A stretch of DNA of 64,000 bases from Bacteroidota bacterium (GCA_021789975.1 JAJYIT010000013.1:31864-95863), one strand, 5' to 3'. Shown: positions 18,673 through 28,213, counted from the first letter of the stretch. The notes: a model not told the origin generated them from the sequence alone. Numbers and translations: made by a program.

Positions 18673-20021
18673 GTGACATAAAACTTATAAAGAACGGGCT
18701 TGTTCTGTTGCCTTACGGGCTGGACGAAGCAGATCTGGAAATAGAAAACGGGACCATCTCGCGTATCGAGCAAGATATTCCCATTCCCAAGGGTGTTGCG
18801 GTCATCGATGCCGACGGGAAATATGTATTGCCCGGTTTTATCGATATACATACGAACGGGATAAACGGGTTTGACCTGACAAACGGAGTTTACGATCTTC
18901 AAACGGAGAGCTTCGACGCGTCTCGTGAAATCTATCTTGAGGGCCTTGATCGTGCCTTGAGAAAATACGCAGAGACCGGGACGACCCGGGTGGTTCTTGC
19001 GAGTCTGGCATCTCCGTTAGAGAAGCTAAAGTTGGCGTTCGAGTACGTCCGGGAGTACATGAGTAGACCGAAAGATGGGGCGTGGAATGATCTGCTGCAC
19101 GGTATACTTGTGGAGGGAACGTTCATGAAGCTGCCTGAATTCAGCGGCGCACACAACACCGAGTATTTCAACGAGCCATCCATAAAATTGTTCGATAAGC
19201 TTCAGGAGGCGTCCGGCGGTCTTATAAAGATTGTCAATATCGTTCCCGAATGGCGCGATGCGGCCATTGAATTGATAAAATATGTTTCCGAAAAGGGCAT
19301 TGTCTCCGCCGCCGGCCATACAGGCGCCACCGGCGATGAATACAATCTCGCATTGAAGAACGGGACCAAACTGGCGATTCACTTCCTGAACGGGCCGACC
19401 GGTTCCTCCTTCAAACCTTTCGACGGCGGAGGAGCAGTCGAGAGCGTACTTCGTGCCGAGGGAATATTCCTCGAGATAATCGCAGACGGATACCACGTGG
19501 ACAAAGCCTACGTCCTCGACGTAATAAAGAGAAAAGGATTTGATAAGGTAGTCATTATAACGGACAGTATGTTTGCCACCTCGTTTGATGGACCGAGCCG
19601 ATTCAACATGCTCGGCGTTGAAGGAAAAGTCAGCGAGAATGGAGGATACCTGCAGATAGCCGACAGGAGCAACGCACTTTTCGGAAGCCTGTTGACGATG
19701 GACGTGGCATTCGCAAACGTGCTCAACTGGCTGATGACTCCTGTCGAGGGAGTGTGGAGCAGGGTTCATCATCCACTAAGCTTCGAAGATGCCCTCTCGC
19801 ATGTTTCGGCGATGTGCAGCGCAAATCCCGCTAAAGTACTAGGCTTGTATAGCCCCGATCCGGGGAAAAAGAACGCCATCCGGGACGGGTTCACCGGAAG
19901 TATCGAGGTCGGCAAGATCGCAGACGTGATACTTGCGGACATACCAAATATAGATGGGAAATATTCGCTTGAGATTGAACAGGTCCTGGTAAAAGGGCGG
20001 TCGGGAAAAGAGGAGCCGTGA
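18669..20021 (+). CDS. Amidohydrolase, N-acetylglucosamine-6-phosphate deacetylase-like
   Basis: ATGA overlap with the GH20-like stop. YVLPGFIDIHTNGINGFD metal-binding region, AAGHTGA and HFLNG motifs as in NagA. At 450 aa it is longer than classical NagA. Confidence 0.65.
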   Translation: MSDIKLIKNGLVLLPYGLDEADLEIENGTISRIEQDIPIPKGVAVIDADGKYVLPGFIDIHTNGINGFDLTNGVYDLQTESFDASREIYLEGLDRALRKYAETGTTRVVLASLASPLEKLKLAFEYVREYMSRPKDGAWNDLLHGILVEGTFMKLPEFSGAHNTEYFNEPSIKLFDKLQEASGGLIKIVNIVPEWRDAAIELIKYVSEKGIVSAAGHTGATGDEYNLALKNGTKLAIHFLNGPTGSSFKPFDGGGAVESVLRAEGIFLEIIADGYHVDKAYVLDVIKRKGFDKVVIITDSMFATSFDGPSRFNMLGVEGKVSENGGYLQIADRSNALFGSLLTMDVAFANVLNWLMTPVEGVWSRVHHPLSFEDALSHVSAMCSANPAKVLGLYSPDPGKKNAIRDGFTGSIEVGKIADVILADIPNIDGKYSLEIEQVLVKGRSGKEEP

Positions 20022-20059
20022 ATTCCGGTCATGCCCGATTTGCATTCTAAAGGAGAAAA

Positions 20060-21601
20060 GTGTTGAGAGGTCTTGTAATAGCTGTCGTAGTAACCGTCTG
20101 TTCTTCGTTCTCCGCTTATTCACAAGCTAAAGTAAGGGCGATGTGGGTATGGGGGAGCGGAACGAGTATAATACAGGATTCAAGCTCACGGGCGGAATTC
20201 TTTCATTTCTGCGCCAATCCGCCCGGCTCAAAAGACCCGAATGCCGTGGCAGGGTTTCCAGGAGCTGTCAACATGGTGTACCTCTATGCACACAGCTTCG
20301 TCAACGGAGATTCGACTCACAAAGCCGAGCTTCACTCTTTTCTGAAGGATGCCCACTCGCTGGGAATCCGAGTGGACTACCTGGACGGAGACACGACCTG
20401 GGCAACGACTGACAGTCTTTATGCCGAGCAATACGTGCGCTACGTTCTCCAGTTCAACTTGCAGACGAGCGATCCATCGGAAAGATTTGATGGCATCCAA
20501 TTCGATGTTGAGCCGTATCTGCTGTGGGGCTGGAAGCAAGGTGTGACTCAGCAGATACAAATATGGAACGACTTCATGGACCTCCTTACTTACTGCAAGA
20601 AAGAAGTGGATTCTGCTAATGCTGGTACACAGTTCGGAGTTGCAATACCTCGATGGTACGACTCAACACCCGGCATCAATTATCTTCATCAGCTCCAGAA
20701 CATTGTTGACTATGTAGCGATTATGGATTACCAGAACACGTCTGCCCGTATAATCAGCGGCGCTGGAGCCGAAATTCTATATGCCACCCAAATAGGCAAG
20801 GCTGCATATATCGGTGTTGAGACATCGAACCAGGATGCGGCATTGACATTCTACGGACTGGGTTGGGGTAACATGGAAGGTCAGATGTACCAGGTCGATG
20901 AATATTTCCGCGGCTATGGCGGATACGCAGGGATTGCAATCGAACACTACGATTCCTACGATGTCCTCCCCAAGTGGGGGACCGGCGGGACAGACACAAC
21001 TCCGCCCGCGCTTATTGGCGGCAGATATATTCAGGATAGTGCCGGCGGCTACTTTCAGTTTCATGTGGTAGACATTTGCGGCAGCGGTTTGAACGAAGAC
21101 AGCACCGAAGCAGGATCGCGTGCCGTTAATCTCTCGTCGGGCAGTGAATCAGTAGCGGGAAGCTGGGTTACGGATTCCACAAACTATATCTCGTTCCATC
21201 CTGTGCCTGGTGCGCAGGCCCTGGCTAAGTATCTCTTCACAATCCATGCAGTAGACTCTGTCGGAAACTCGCTGGACACTAAGGACACGATTGCAGCGGT
21301 GCCCACTGAGATTGAGGAAGGGAGGACCGGCTACCTGAAAAATTTCGATCTTCTACAAAACTATCCCAACCCGTTTAATCCGACGACGATTATCGCGTTC
21401 GATGTTCAAAGTTCAGGGTTCGTCGCACTGAAAGTCTACGACATACTTGGTAGAAGGGTCGCAACCCTGGTGGACGGACGGCAAAGCGCGGGTAAGCATT
21501 CGGTGGTATTCGACGGCAGCAGGTTTGCAAGTGGCGTTTACTTCTACGCATTGCAGCAGGGATCTCTTGTGCTTAGAGACAAGATGCTGCTTCTCAAGTG
21601 A
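20060..21601 (+). CDS. Hypothetical secreted protein with T9SS C-terminal sorting domain
   Basis: GTG start with AGGAG 5 nt upstream. Signal peptide MLRGLVIAVVVTVCSSFSAYSQA. C-terminus [16 protein letters not shown]...SGVYFYALQQG..MLLLK. The N-terminal ~380 aa were not recognised. Confidence 0.7.
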   Translation: MLRGLVIAVVVTVCSSFSAYSQAKVRAMWVWGSGTSIIQDSSSRAEFFHFCANPPGSKDPNAVAGFPGAVNMVYLYAHSFVNGDSTHKAELHSFLKDAHSLGIRVDYLDGDTTWATTDSLYAEQYVRYVLQFNLQTSDPSERFDGIQFDVEPYLLWGWKQGVTQQIQIWNDFMDLLTYCKKEVDSANAGTQFGVAIPRWYDSTPGINYLHQLQNIVDYVAIMDYQNTSARIISGAGAEILYATQIGKAAYIGVETSNQDAALTFYGLGWGNMEGQMYQVDEYFRGYGGYAGIAIEHYDSYDVLPKWGTGGTDTTPPALIGGRYIQDSAGGYFQFHVVDICGSGLNEDSTEAGSRAVNLSSGSESVAGSWVTDSTNYISFHPVPGAQALAKYLFTIHAVDSVGNSLDTKDTIAAVPTEIEEGRTGYLKNFDLLQNYPNPFNPTTIIAFDVQSSGFVALKVYDILGRRVATLVDGRQSAGKHSVVFDGSRFASGVYFYALQQGSLVLRDKMLLLK

Positions 21602-21632
21602 ACAGACGAATTTCAAGAAAAGAGAGAATGTA

Positions 21633-22403
21633 ATGCTAGGGATGATTTCAAATTTCATGACGGACAAGTTGAATACGGAAGTCTATATCGACAGGAAGGA
21701 TCTGGGGCAGCGTGCTTCGTCTGTGGTGGCCGAAAAGTTGAAGGAGCTACTGAGAGCCAAGCAAGATGTCCGTATGATATTTGCTGCCGCTCCTTCGCAA
21801 AATGAATTCCTCGACGCACTCTCCTCTGCAAACGGAATAGACTGGTCGAGAGTAACCGGATTCCACATGGACGAATATGTCGGCTTGAAGAGCGATGCGA
21901 GCCAGTTGTTCGGCAACTTTTTGAAGGAGAGAATTTTTGGTCGAGTGAATTTCAAGGAAGTACATTACCTGAATCCGAATCCATCCTATGTCCGGCAGGA
22001 ATGCGAACGCTATTCCGCACTTCTCACTGAAGGGCCGATAGACATCGTCTGCATGGGCATCGGTGAAAACGGCCATATCGCCTTCAATGACCCGGCGGTT
22101 GCGGACTTCAACGATCCAAAAAAGGTGAAGGTCGTGGAATTGGATCAAAAATCCAGGCAGCAGCAGGTGAATGACGGCTGTTTCTTTGCCATAGAAGAAG
22201 TGCCGACGCACGCGATGACGCTAACCATTCCCACTTTGTTATCGGGCCACTTCCTTTGTGTGGTTGTACCGGGACCGACAAAGGCTGAGGCGGTTTATCG
22301 GACCTTAAGGGGAGAAATAAGCACGAAGTGCCCTGCATCGGTGCTCCGCCGTCACGACAACGCCATGATGTTTCTGGACCGGGATTCGGCTTCAAAAATA
22401 TAA
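21633..22403 (+). CDS. nagB: Glucosamine-6-phosphate deaminase
   Basis: IFAAAPSQNEF, FHMDEYVGL and GIGENGHIAFNDP motifs of the NagB/6-PGL family. ATG 21633 is used; the ORF-track start 21447 lies inside the upstream gene. Confidence 0.8.
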   Translation: MLGMISNFMTDKLNTEVYIDRKDLGQRASSVVAEKLKELLRAKQDVRMIFAAAPSQNEFLDALSSANGIDWSRVTGFHMDEYVGLKSDASQLFGNFLKERIFGRVNFKEVHYLNPNPSYVRQECERYSALLTEGPIDIVCMGIGENGHIAFNDPAVADFNDPKKVKVVELDQKSRQQQVNDGCFFAIEEVPTHAMTLTIPTLLSGHFLCVVVPGPTKAEAVYRTLRGEISTKCPASVLRRHDNAMMFLDRDSASKI

Positions 22404-22569
22404 TAACTTACTCACCTCTCCAGACTTCATAGGAAAGCTCCGGCATTTATAGAAGGGGACGGGGCATCCCTACCGGTAGGCGGCGGTGAGTATCTCTTGA
22501 AGCTTCAACACCGATGTCATAAGTTTTATGGTCGTTTTGAAGTCGAACCAATACGGAAGGGGAATTGAA

Positions 22570-23121
22570 ATGCGAAACTGCGTGAACCATCCGGATGTGA
22601 AAGCGATTTCCACATGCCATAACTGCGCAAGACCATTCTGTGCATCATGTCTCGTCGAAGGGGGAGAATATTACTACTGCAAGGAACCTGCGTGCCAGGA
22701 AGCATTGAAGACATCGATGGCGATTGACGGATTGCCGCCGCGCCTGCTATGCCCAAACTGTTCCTCCGACCTGGAGCTTACTAAAGCAGAGAGGGAATCC
22801 CGCAAATTCAGGTGTTCCGATTGCGATGCCCTGGTCGATTATACTGTGAACCCGCCTCACGTCAAAAAGCATGAAGAATACGCTCTCTTGCTGGCGACGC
22901 GAAACGAGGGAGACGTTGCCGTGATCAAATCTGTACTCGACGATCTGGAGATCGACTATTTCGTCTTCGACGAGTATTTCATGGTACTCGATCCATTGAT
23001 CCAACCCACAAGGTTTTACGTTCTTAAGAGCCAGGTCGAAAGAGCTAAATTAGGCCTGAAGGATTTCAAGGTGCATCTGCTCGGTGTTTCGATGAACAGC
23101 GGCCCCGAGGGTGTAGAATAA
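22570..23121 (+). CDS. B-box-type zinc-finger / zinc-ribbon protein with C-terminal DUF2007-like domain
   Basis: CVNHPDVKAISTCHNCARPFCASC and CPNC..CSDC cysteine pairs. The C-terminal ALLLATRNEGDVAVIKSVLDDLEIDYFVFDE is DUF2007-like. ATG 22570. Confidence 0.55.
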   Translation: MRNCVNHPDVKAISTCHNCARPFCASCLVEGGEYYYCKEPACQEALKTSMAIDGLPPRLLCPNCSSDLELTKAERESRKFRCSDCDALVDYTVNPPHVKKHEEYALLLATRNEGDVAVIKSVLDDLEIDYFVFDEYFMVLDPLIQPTRFYVLKSQVERAKLGLKDFKVHLLGVSMNSGPEGVE

Positions 23122-23486
23122 TGTTCTGTCCGAATTGCAAGACTGAATACCGCCCTGGCTTCACAAGGTGCGCGGACTGTGGTGCCGAGCTTGTGGACCT
23201 ATTGCCGGAAGAAGAGGAAGTGACTGAGAACCGGGAACCCGACAATGATGAGCTTGTGCCGGTCCTTCAAACCTGGGACCGTGCGGATGTGCTGAGTATT
23301 CGAACGGCGCTCGACCCCGTGGGCATCGAGTACTTCATTCAGGGAGAGATGCTTTCTGCTTTCCGGAAAAGCGATCCGTTCGTTTTGATCGTGAAGGAGA
23401 AGGACGCCGAGCAGGTGCGGGAACTTCTAAAAGGCATTAAGCTCAACTATTCGACTTCTTCGTTCAACCGAAATCCGAGGGAATAG
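23121..23486 (+). CDS. Zinc-ribbon + DUF2007 (putative signal-transducing) protein
   Basis: MFCPNCKTEYRPGFTRCADCGAELV followed by a DUF2007-like domain. The start overlaps the previous stop as TAATG. Confidence 0.6.
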   Translation: MFCPNCKTEYRPGFTRCADCGAELVDLLPEEEEVTENREPDNDELVPVLQTWDRADVLSIRTALDPVGIEYFIQGEMLSAFRKSDPFVLIVKEKDAEQVRELLKGIKLNYSTSSFNRNPRE

Positions 23487-23569
23487 AAGCTCGTCGACTG
23501 GATCTGCCGAAGCGTTTCTCAATCCTGGATCGGTTTTTCCTCGTAACGATTGATTCTGCAAACGCGACA

Positions 23570-23598
23570 TTGACTTTCCAATTTTGACGGACTACATT
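23570..23598 (+). promoter_or_regulatory. Putative promoter TTGACT-N17-TACATT
   Basis: aTTGACTTtcc followed 17 nt later by TACATTTTG, in the 252-nt non-coding gap upstream of the T9SS cargo array. Confidence 0.3.
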
Positions 23599-23738
23599 TT
23601 GACCGATAGGGACGCTTCGGAACTTCGGAGGTTAGAAGGCCTTTGAAAGATAACGGAGGAAGCGACGAAAGTACGATTACTTAATGTGAGAGCCGCGGCG
23701 GTCGCACCAGTACTGAGGGCGGGTAATGCATTTGGGGG

Positions 23739-24011
23739 ATGGACTCAAATTCCCAATTCTCTTCCAACAGCCAAACGATATCGGATTTCTCCCGGTGGGA
23801 TGCCTTCGGCAGGCTTGCGAATCGTGGGTTTATCACATTGAAAGTCTACGGTGTCCTCGGAAGGCTGGTCAGAACTTTAGTGAATAAAGTGGAACAGCCT
23901 GGAAGCTACTCGGTTACTTTCAGCGCAAGCGGTTTGGCGAGCGGAGTGTATTTCTACAGACTGGACGCTGGAACTTTCACCGAGACGAAAAAGCTCTTGC
24001 TTATTAGATGA
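23739..24011 (+). pseudogene. Orphan T9SS C-terminal sorting domain remnant (no cargo domain, no signal peptide)
   Basis: The 90-aa ORF has an intact CTD as its last ~60 aa ([59 protein letters not shown]). The upstream [10 protein letters not shown] box is eroded to NSQFSSNSQT. It ends 1 nt before the next gene. Confidence 0.6.
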
Positions 24012-24012
24012 G

Positions 24013-26076
24013 ATGGACCAAGAGATGAGGAACGTTGTTCTCACTTTGACTTTCATCTGTTGCACGGCGCCAACTGCTCGTAGCCAGTGGGTCCAAACAA
24101 ATGGGCCTGATGGCGGCCGTGTCGCTTGCTTTGTCATCACCGGAACGAACGTCTTTGCCGGGACAGCCGGGAGCGGAGTCTTTCTCTCCACAAACAACGG
24201 TACGAGCTGGACCGGAGTCAATACCGCACTTACGAATCTCTATGTGAATGCACTTGCCGCGAGCGGCACAAATCTTTTCGCCGGGACCAATGGCGGAGTT
24301 TTTCTCTCGACCAACGCCGGCACAAGCTGGACTGCTGCCAACTCAGGTTTGACGGATAGTCTTGTGACTTCTCTTGCTGTGATTGGCAAGAATCTGTTTG
24401 CCGGTACAGATGGCGGCGGCGTTTTTCTTTCTACGGATAACGGTACAACCTGGACGGCGACGATAACGGGCGATCCCACTTTAGCGGGTAATTATGTTAA
24501 TGCTCTCGCTGTAATCGGCACGAATCTTTTTGCTGGCACTGCTGGCGGAATTTTTCTGTCGACCAACAACGGCACGAGCTGGACGCCGGTAAATGACAGC
24601 TTAACGAAGGCGGGTGTTTATACACTTGCCGCGGGCGTCACAAGCCTTTTTGCCAGTAATAACAGGAGTGTTCTTCTCTCGGCCGACAGCGGGAAAACCT
24701 GGACCGCGATCAATGCAGGCCTGACGAATCTTGGTGTCAATACTTTTGCCGCAAGTGGCACAAATGTTTTTGCCGGGACTGATGGCGGCGTCTTTCGCTT
24801 GACCAGGCGCGGCTGGACAGCGGTCAATTCCGGCTTGACAAATCTTGGTGTTAGTGCTCTTGCGACAAACGGGACAAGTCTATACACCGGAACCAACGGC
24901 GGCGGCATCTTCCTTTCTACCAACAGTGGTGCAACCTGGACATCGGTCAATACTGGCCTGACGGGTTCTTACGTTTATGCGCTTGATACCAGCGGTACTA
25001 ATCTCATCGCCGGGACAGACGGTGCAGGTATCTTTGTATCTACCAACGACGGCAAAAGCTGGGAGGACGCGAGTACCGGCCTGACGAATTCCTTTGCCTG
25101 GTCTCTCGCCGTGGTGGGCACGCATGTTTTTGCAGGAACAGATGGTGCCGGCGTCTTTCTTTCCACCAACAGCGGCACAAGCTGGACGGCGGTCAATGTC
25201 GGCTTGACGAACCTTGTCGTCAATGCTCTTGCCGCAAGCGGCACAAATCTTATTGCCGGAACTGATGGTGGCGTCTTTCTTTCTACAAATGATGGGACGA
25301 GATGGCAGAACGTTGCCCTGTCAGGTGCTCAGATCCTGGCACTTGCCGTCAGCGGCGCGAATTCGTATGCGGCGACTTATGGCCAGGTTTATGTATCCGC
25401 GAACTACGGTGCAAGCTGGCAGGAGGCAAGTTACGTCCACACGGATGCCGGGATCTGGTCTCTCGCTGTCAGCGGAGCGCATCTTTTTGTTGGGACCGAT
25501 GGCAGTGGCGTCTTAGTCTCAACCGACAACGGGACGAACTGGCAGGCCGCAAATACCGGCCTGGCAAATACTAGCGTATGGGATTTCGAAGTCATCGGCA
25601 CGCGAATATTTACCGGGACCAGTGGCGGCGTCTTTGTATCAACTAACTACGGCGCGAGCTGGCAGGGAGTGAGTGCCGGCTTGCCGAATACTATTGTCTG
25701 GTCTCTTGCTGTAAGCGGCCCGAATCTCGTCGCAGGAACCGGAGGCCTCGGCGTTTGGCTCCGACCTATATCGGAAATACTGGCAATAAAAGATCGCTCA
25801 CCTGAAATACCGAGCGGTTTTACTCTAAGCCAGAATTATCCCAACCCATTCAATCCTTCCACGGTTATTCAGTTCAGCGTTCCACGGTCTGGATTGGTAA
25901 GCTTGAAAGTTTACGATGTGCTTGGGAGGCTGGTCAGAACACCAGTTGATAAGATGGAACAGGCGGGAAGCTATTCGGTTACTTTCAGCGCGAGCGGTCT
26001 GGCGAGCGGAGAGTATTTCTACAGACTTGAAGCCGGAACTTTCACCGAGACGAAGAAGCTCATGATTATCAGATAA
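24013..26076 (+). CDS. Asp-box (BNR/Sortilin-Vps10-like) beta-propeller repeat protein with T9SS C-terminal sorting domain
   Basis: 13 units of ~45-47 aa of the form GVFLSTNNGTSWTxVNxGLTNxxVxALAxSGTNLFAGTxGG (S-x-D/N-x-G-x-x-W). [19 protein letters not shown]...SGEYFYRLEAG. The start could be ATG 24025 (MRNVVLTLTF..). Confidence 0.85.
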   Translation: MDQEMRNVVLTLTFICCTAPTARSQWVQTNGPDGGRVACFVITGTNVFAGTAGSGVFLSTNNGTSWTGVNTALTNLYVNALAASGTNLFAGTNGGVFLSTNAGTSWTAANSGLTDSLVTSLAVIGKNLFAGTDGGGVFLSTDNGTTWTATITGDPTLAGNYVNALAVIGTNLFAGTAGGIFLSTNNGTSWTPVNDSLTKAGVYTLAAGVTSLFASNNRSVLLSADSGKTWTAINAGLTNLGVNTFAASGTNVFAGTDGGVFRLTRRGWTAVNSGLTNLGVSALATNGTSLYTGTNGGGIFLSTNSGATWTSVNTGLTGSYVYALDTSGTNLIAGTDGAGIFVSTNDGKSWEDASTGLTNSFAWSLAVVGTHVFAGTDGAGVFLSTNSGTSWTAVNVGLTNLVVNALAASGTNLIAGTDGGVFLSTNDGTRWQNVALSGAQILALAVSGANSYAATYGQVYVSANYGASWQEASYVHTDAGIWSLAVSGAHLFVGTDGSGVLVSTDNGTNWQAANTGLANTSVWDFEVIGTRIFTGTSGGVFVSTNYGASWQGVSAGLPNTIVWSLAVSGPNLVAGTGGLGVWLRPISEILAIKDRSPEIPSGFTLSQNYPNPFNPSTVIQFSVPRSGLVSLKVYDVLGRLVRTPVDKMEQAGSYSVTFSASGLASGEYFYRLEAGTFTETKKLMIIR
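24085..25770 (+). repeat. Array of 13 coding Asp-box repeats (~135-141 nt each)
   Basis: I counted 12 clear S(T/A)(N/D)xGxxW motifs plus one degenerate unit (LTRRGW). Confidence 0.8.
25831..26076 (+). repeat. CTD-coding module, copy of a dispersed ~245-nt direct repeat family
   Basis: Shares long identical runs such as ttgaaagtttacgatgtgcttgg and gcgagcggtctggcgagcgga with the copies at 23.8, 28.0, 32.3 and 33.8 kb. Confidence 0.75.
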
Positions 26077-26149
26077 TACGGAGCAGAACGTGAAGAACAT
26101 CATTCTCTCATTGGCGATGGTATGCTGTGTTGCATCGAGTGCCGCCGGT

Positions 26150-27860
26150 CAATGGGTGCAAACCAACGGCCCGTACGGGAGCAATATTCTGTGTCTTGCT
26201 GTCGGTCGTTTGGGTCTCTTTGCAGGGACTAAGAACGGCGTCTTTCTGTCAACGAACAACGCGAATAGTTGGACCGCTGTGAGCAATGGCTTGACGGACT
26301 CCTATGTTGTGTCTCTTGCCATCAACGGCACGAATATTTTTGCCGCGACTTCAAGCGGCGTCTTTCGTTCCACCGACAGCGGCACAAGATGGACTGCCGT
26401 CGATTCAGGCATAACGAACTCTTATGTCCTGTCTCTTGCCGTCAGCGGCACAAATCTCTTTGCGGCGACCTATGGCGGCGTGTTTCGTTCAACGAACAAC
26501 GGGACAAGCTAGGTTGCGGTAGACACCGGGTTGACCACCTCCTGGCTCAATACCCTTGCTGCGAGCGGCACCAATGTCTTTTTAGGAACCAGTTACGGCC
26601 TCTTTCGCTCCACCGACAATGGCAATCACTGGACTGCGGTGAACACAGGGCTGTCGAGTATCAATGTTGATGCGTTCTGCGTCACCGGCACGTATCTCTA
26701 TGCCGCAACTGTTATGGGGACTTATAACGGCGTCTTTCGTTTCGGTGGCGTTTACCGTTCCACCAACAACGGCAACAGCTGGACTCATGTCGATTCGGGT
26801 TTAACCGATCCTGAGGTCAACGCTCTTGCCGTCAGCGATACGCTCCTCTTTGCTGGGACTCAGGTCGGCGGAGTTTTTCGTTCCACCGATAACGGGACTA
26901 GCTGGACTGCCGTCAATTCAGGCCTAACCAACCCTGTGGTCAATGCTTTTGCGGTTAGCGGTACGAATCTGTTTGCAGGAACTTCCGGCGGCGTCTTTTT
27001 TTCCACCGACAACGGCACGAGTTGGGCTGCGGCCGATTCAAGCTTGGGGTATTCTAACGTACTGTCTCTTGCAGTCAACGGCGCGTATCTCTTTGCCGGA
27101 ACTCCGGGTGACGGTGTTTTTCGTTCCAGTGACAACGGTGCTAGTTGGAGTGCGGCCAGCACGGGGCTGACAAACACTTTTGTCGGTGCTTTTGCGGTCA
27201 ACGGCACGAACCTGTTTGCCGGAACATATCTGAACGGCGGTATTTTTCGTTCCACCGACAATGGCACCAGTTGGACTGCTGTCGATTCAGGCATGGCAGC
27301 ATATTCTAAATCCAGTGTTCTATCTCTTGCTATCAGCGGTACGAGTCTCTTTGCCGGAACCGGTATCGGTGTCTTTCGCTCCACGAACGATGGCACCAGT
27401 TGGACTATCGTCAATTCCGGATTAACGTACCCTGATGTCTCGTCCTTCGCCGTCAGGGACACAAATCTCTTTGCGGGGACTTACGTCGGCGTCTATCGTT
27501 CCACCGACATGGGCGCAAGCTGGAGCGCGGTCGGCATGGGAGTGACGAACCCTGGTGTCTCTGCGCTTGCCATCAGCGGTGCGAATCTCTTTGCAGGAAC
27601 TAACAGGGGTGTCTTCCTTTCTACCGACAACGGCACCAGTTGGGCTGCAGTCGATTCAGGACTTACAAACGCTGATGTTAACACTCTTACCGTCTGCGGC
27701 GCAAATCTCTTTGCAGGAACTAACGCTGGCATTTTCGTTTCCACTGACAATGGCAATAGCTGGACCGCAGTCAACACGGGACTAACGAGCCCCATTGTTG
27801 ATGCGTTTGCTGTAAGCGGTATGAACCTCTTTGCCGGGACTCTGGGCGGCGGAGTCTGGC
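26150..27860 (+). repeat. Array of 13 coding Asp-box repeats
   Basis: STNNANSW, STDSGTRW, STNNGTS*, STDNGNHW, STNNGNSW, STDNGTSW (several), SSDNGASW, STNDGTSW, STDMGASW, STDNGNSW. Confidence 0.8.
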
Positions 27861-27934
27861 GCAGACCGCTTGCGGAGATGATTTCGGCAGTCGAGTCTGT
27901 CGGCAAGAATATGCCAGCAAAATTCTTGTTGCGC

Positions 27935-28180
27935 CAGAATTATCCCAACCCCTTCAACCCTTCCACGGTAATCCAGTTCGAAGTTCCACGCTCTGGGTTC
28001 GTCACTTTGAAAGTTTACGATGTGCTTGGGAGGGTGGTCAGAACACTGGTTGATAAGATGGAGCAGCCTGGAAGCTACTCGGTTACTTTCAGTGCGAGCG
28101 GTCTGGCGAGCGGAGTGTATTTCTACAGGCTGCAAGCAGGTGCATTCAGCCAAATGAAGAAGCTCTTGCTCCTGAGGTAG
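27935..28180 (+). repeat. CTD-coding module copy
   Basis: [70 protein letters not shown]. Nucleotide-level similarity to the other copies. Confidence 0.75.
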
Positions 28181-28213
28181 CCTTTACAAATGTTTTTCGG
28201 AGGCAGCATGACC

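Larger units (their letters stand above)
26090..28180 (+). pseudogene. Asp-box beta-propeller repeat / T9SS cargo paralog interrupted by a single in-frame TAG
   Basis: ORFs 26090-26512 and 26531-28180 are in the same frame. TAG at 26510-26512 sits where every other repeat has the Trp codon TGG (STNNGTS*VAVDTGLT versus STDNGTSWTAVDSGL). There are 13 repeats in total plus an intact CTD. Confidence 0.75.

Noticed and set aside
26510-26512. In-frame TAG considered as evidence for stop-codon reassignment or pyrrolysine-type recoding.
   Set aside because: TAG terminates several well-defined genes in the window (4815-4817, 6411-6413, 28178-28180), and no pyl genes are seen. A nonsense mutation or sequence error is more parsimonious.
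24085-27860. Regularly spaced ~140-nt repeats, and the dispersed CTD modules, considered as CRISPR-like or non-coding tandem repeats.
   Set aside because: The repeats are in-frame coding units of propeller blades and sorting domains. The spacing and length do not fit CRISPR (no 25-40-nt repeats with unique spacers), and no cas genes are present.
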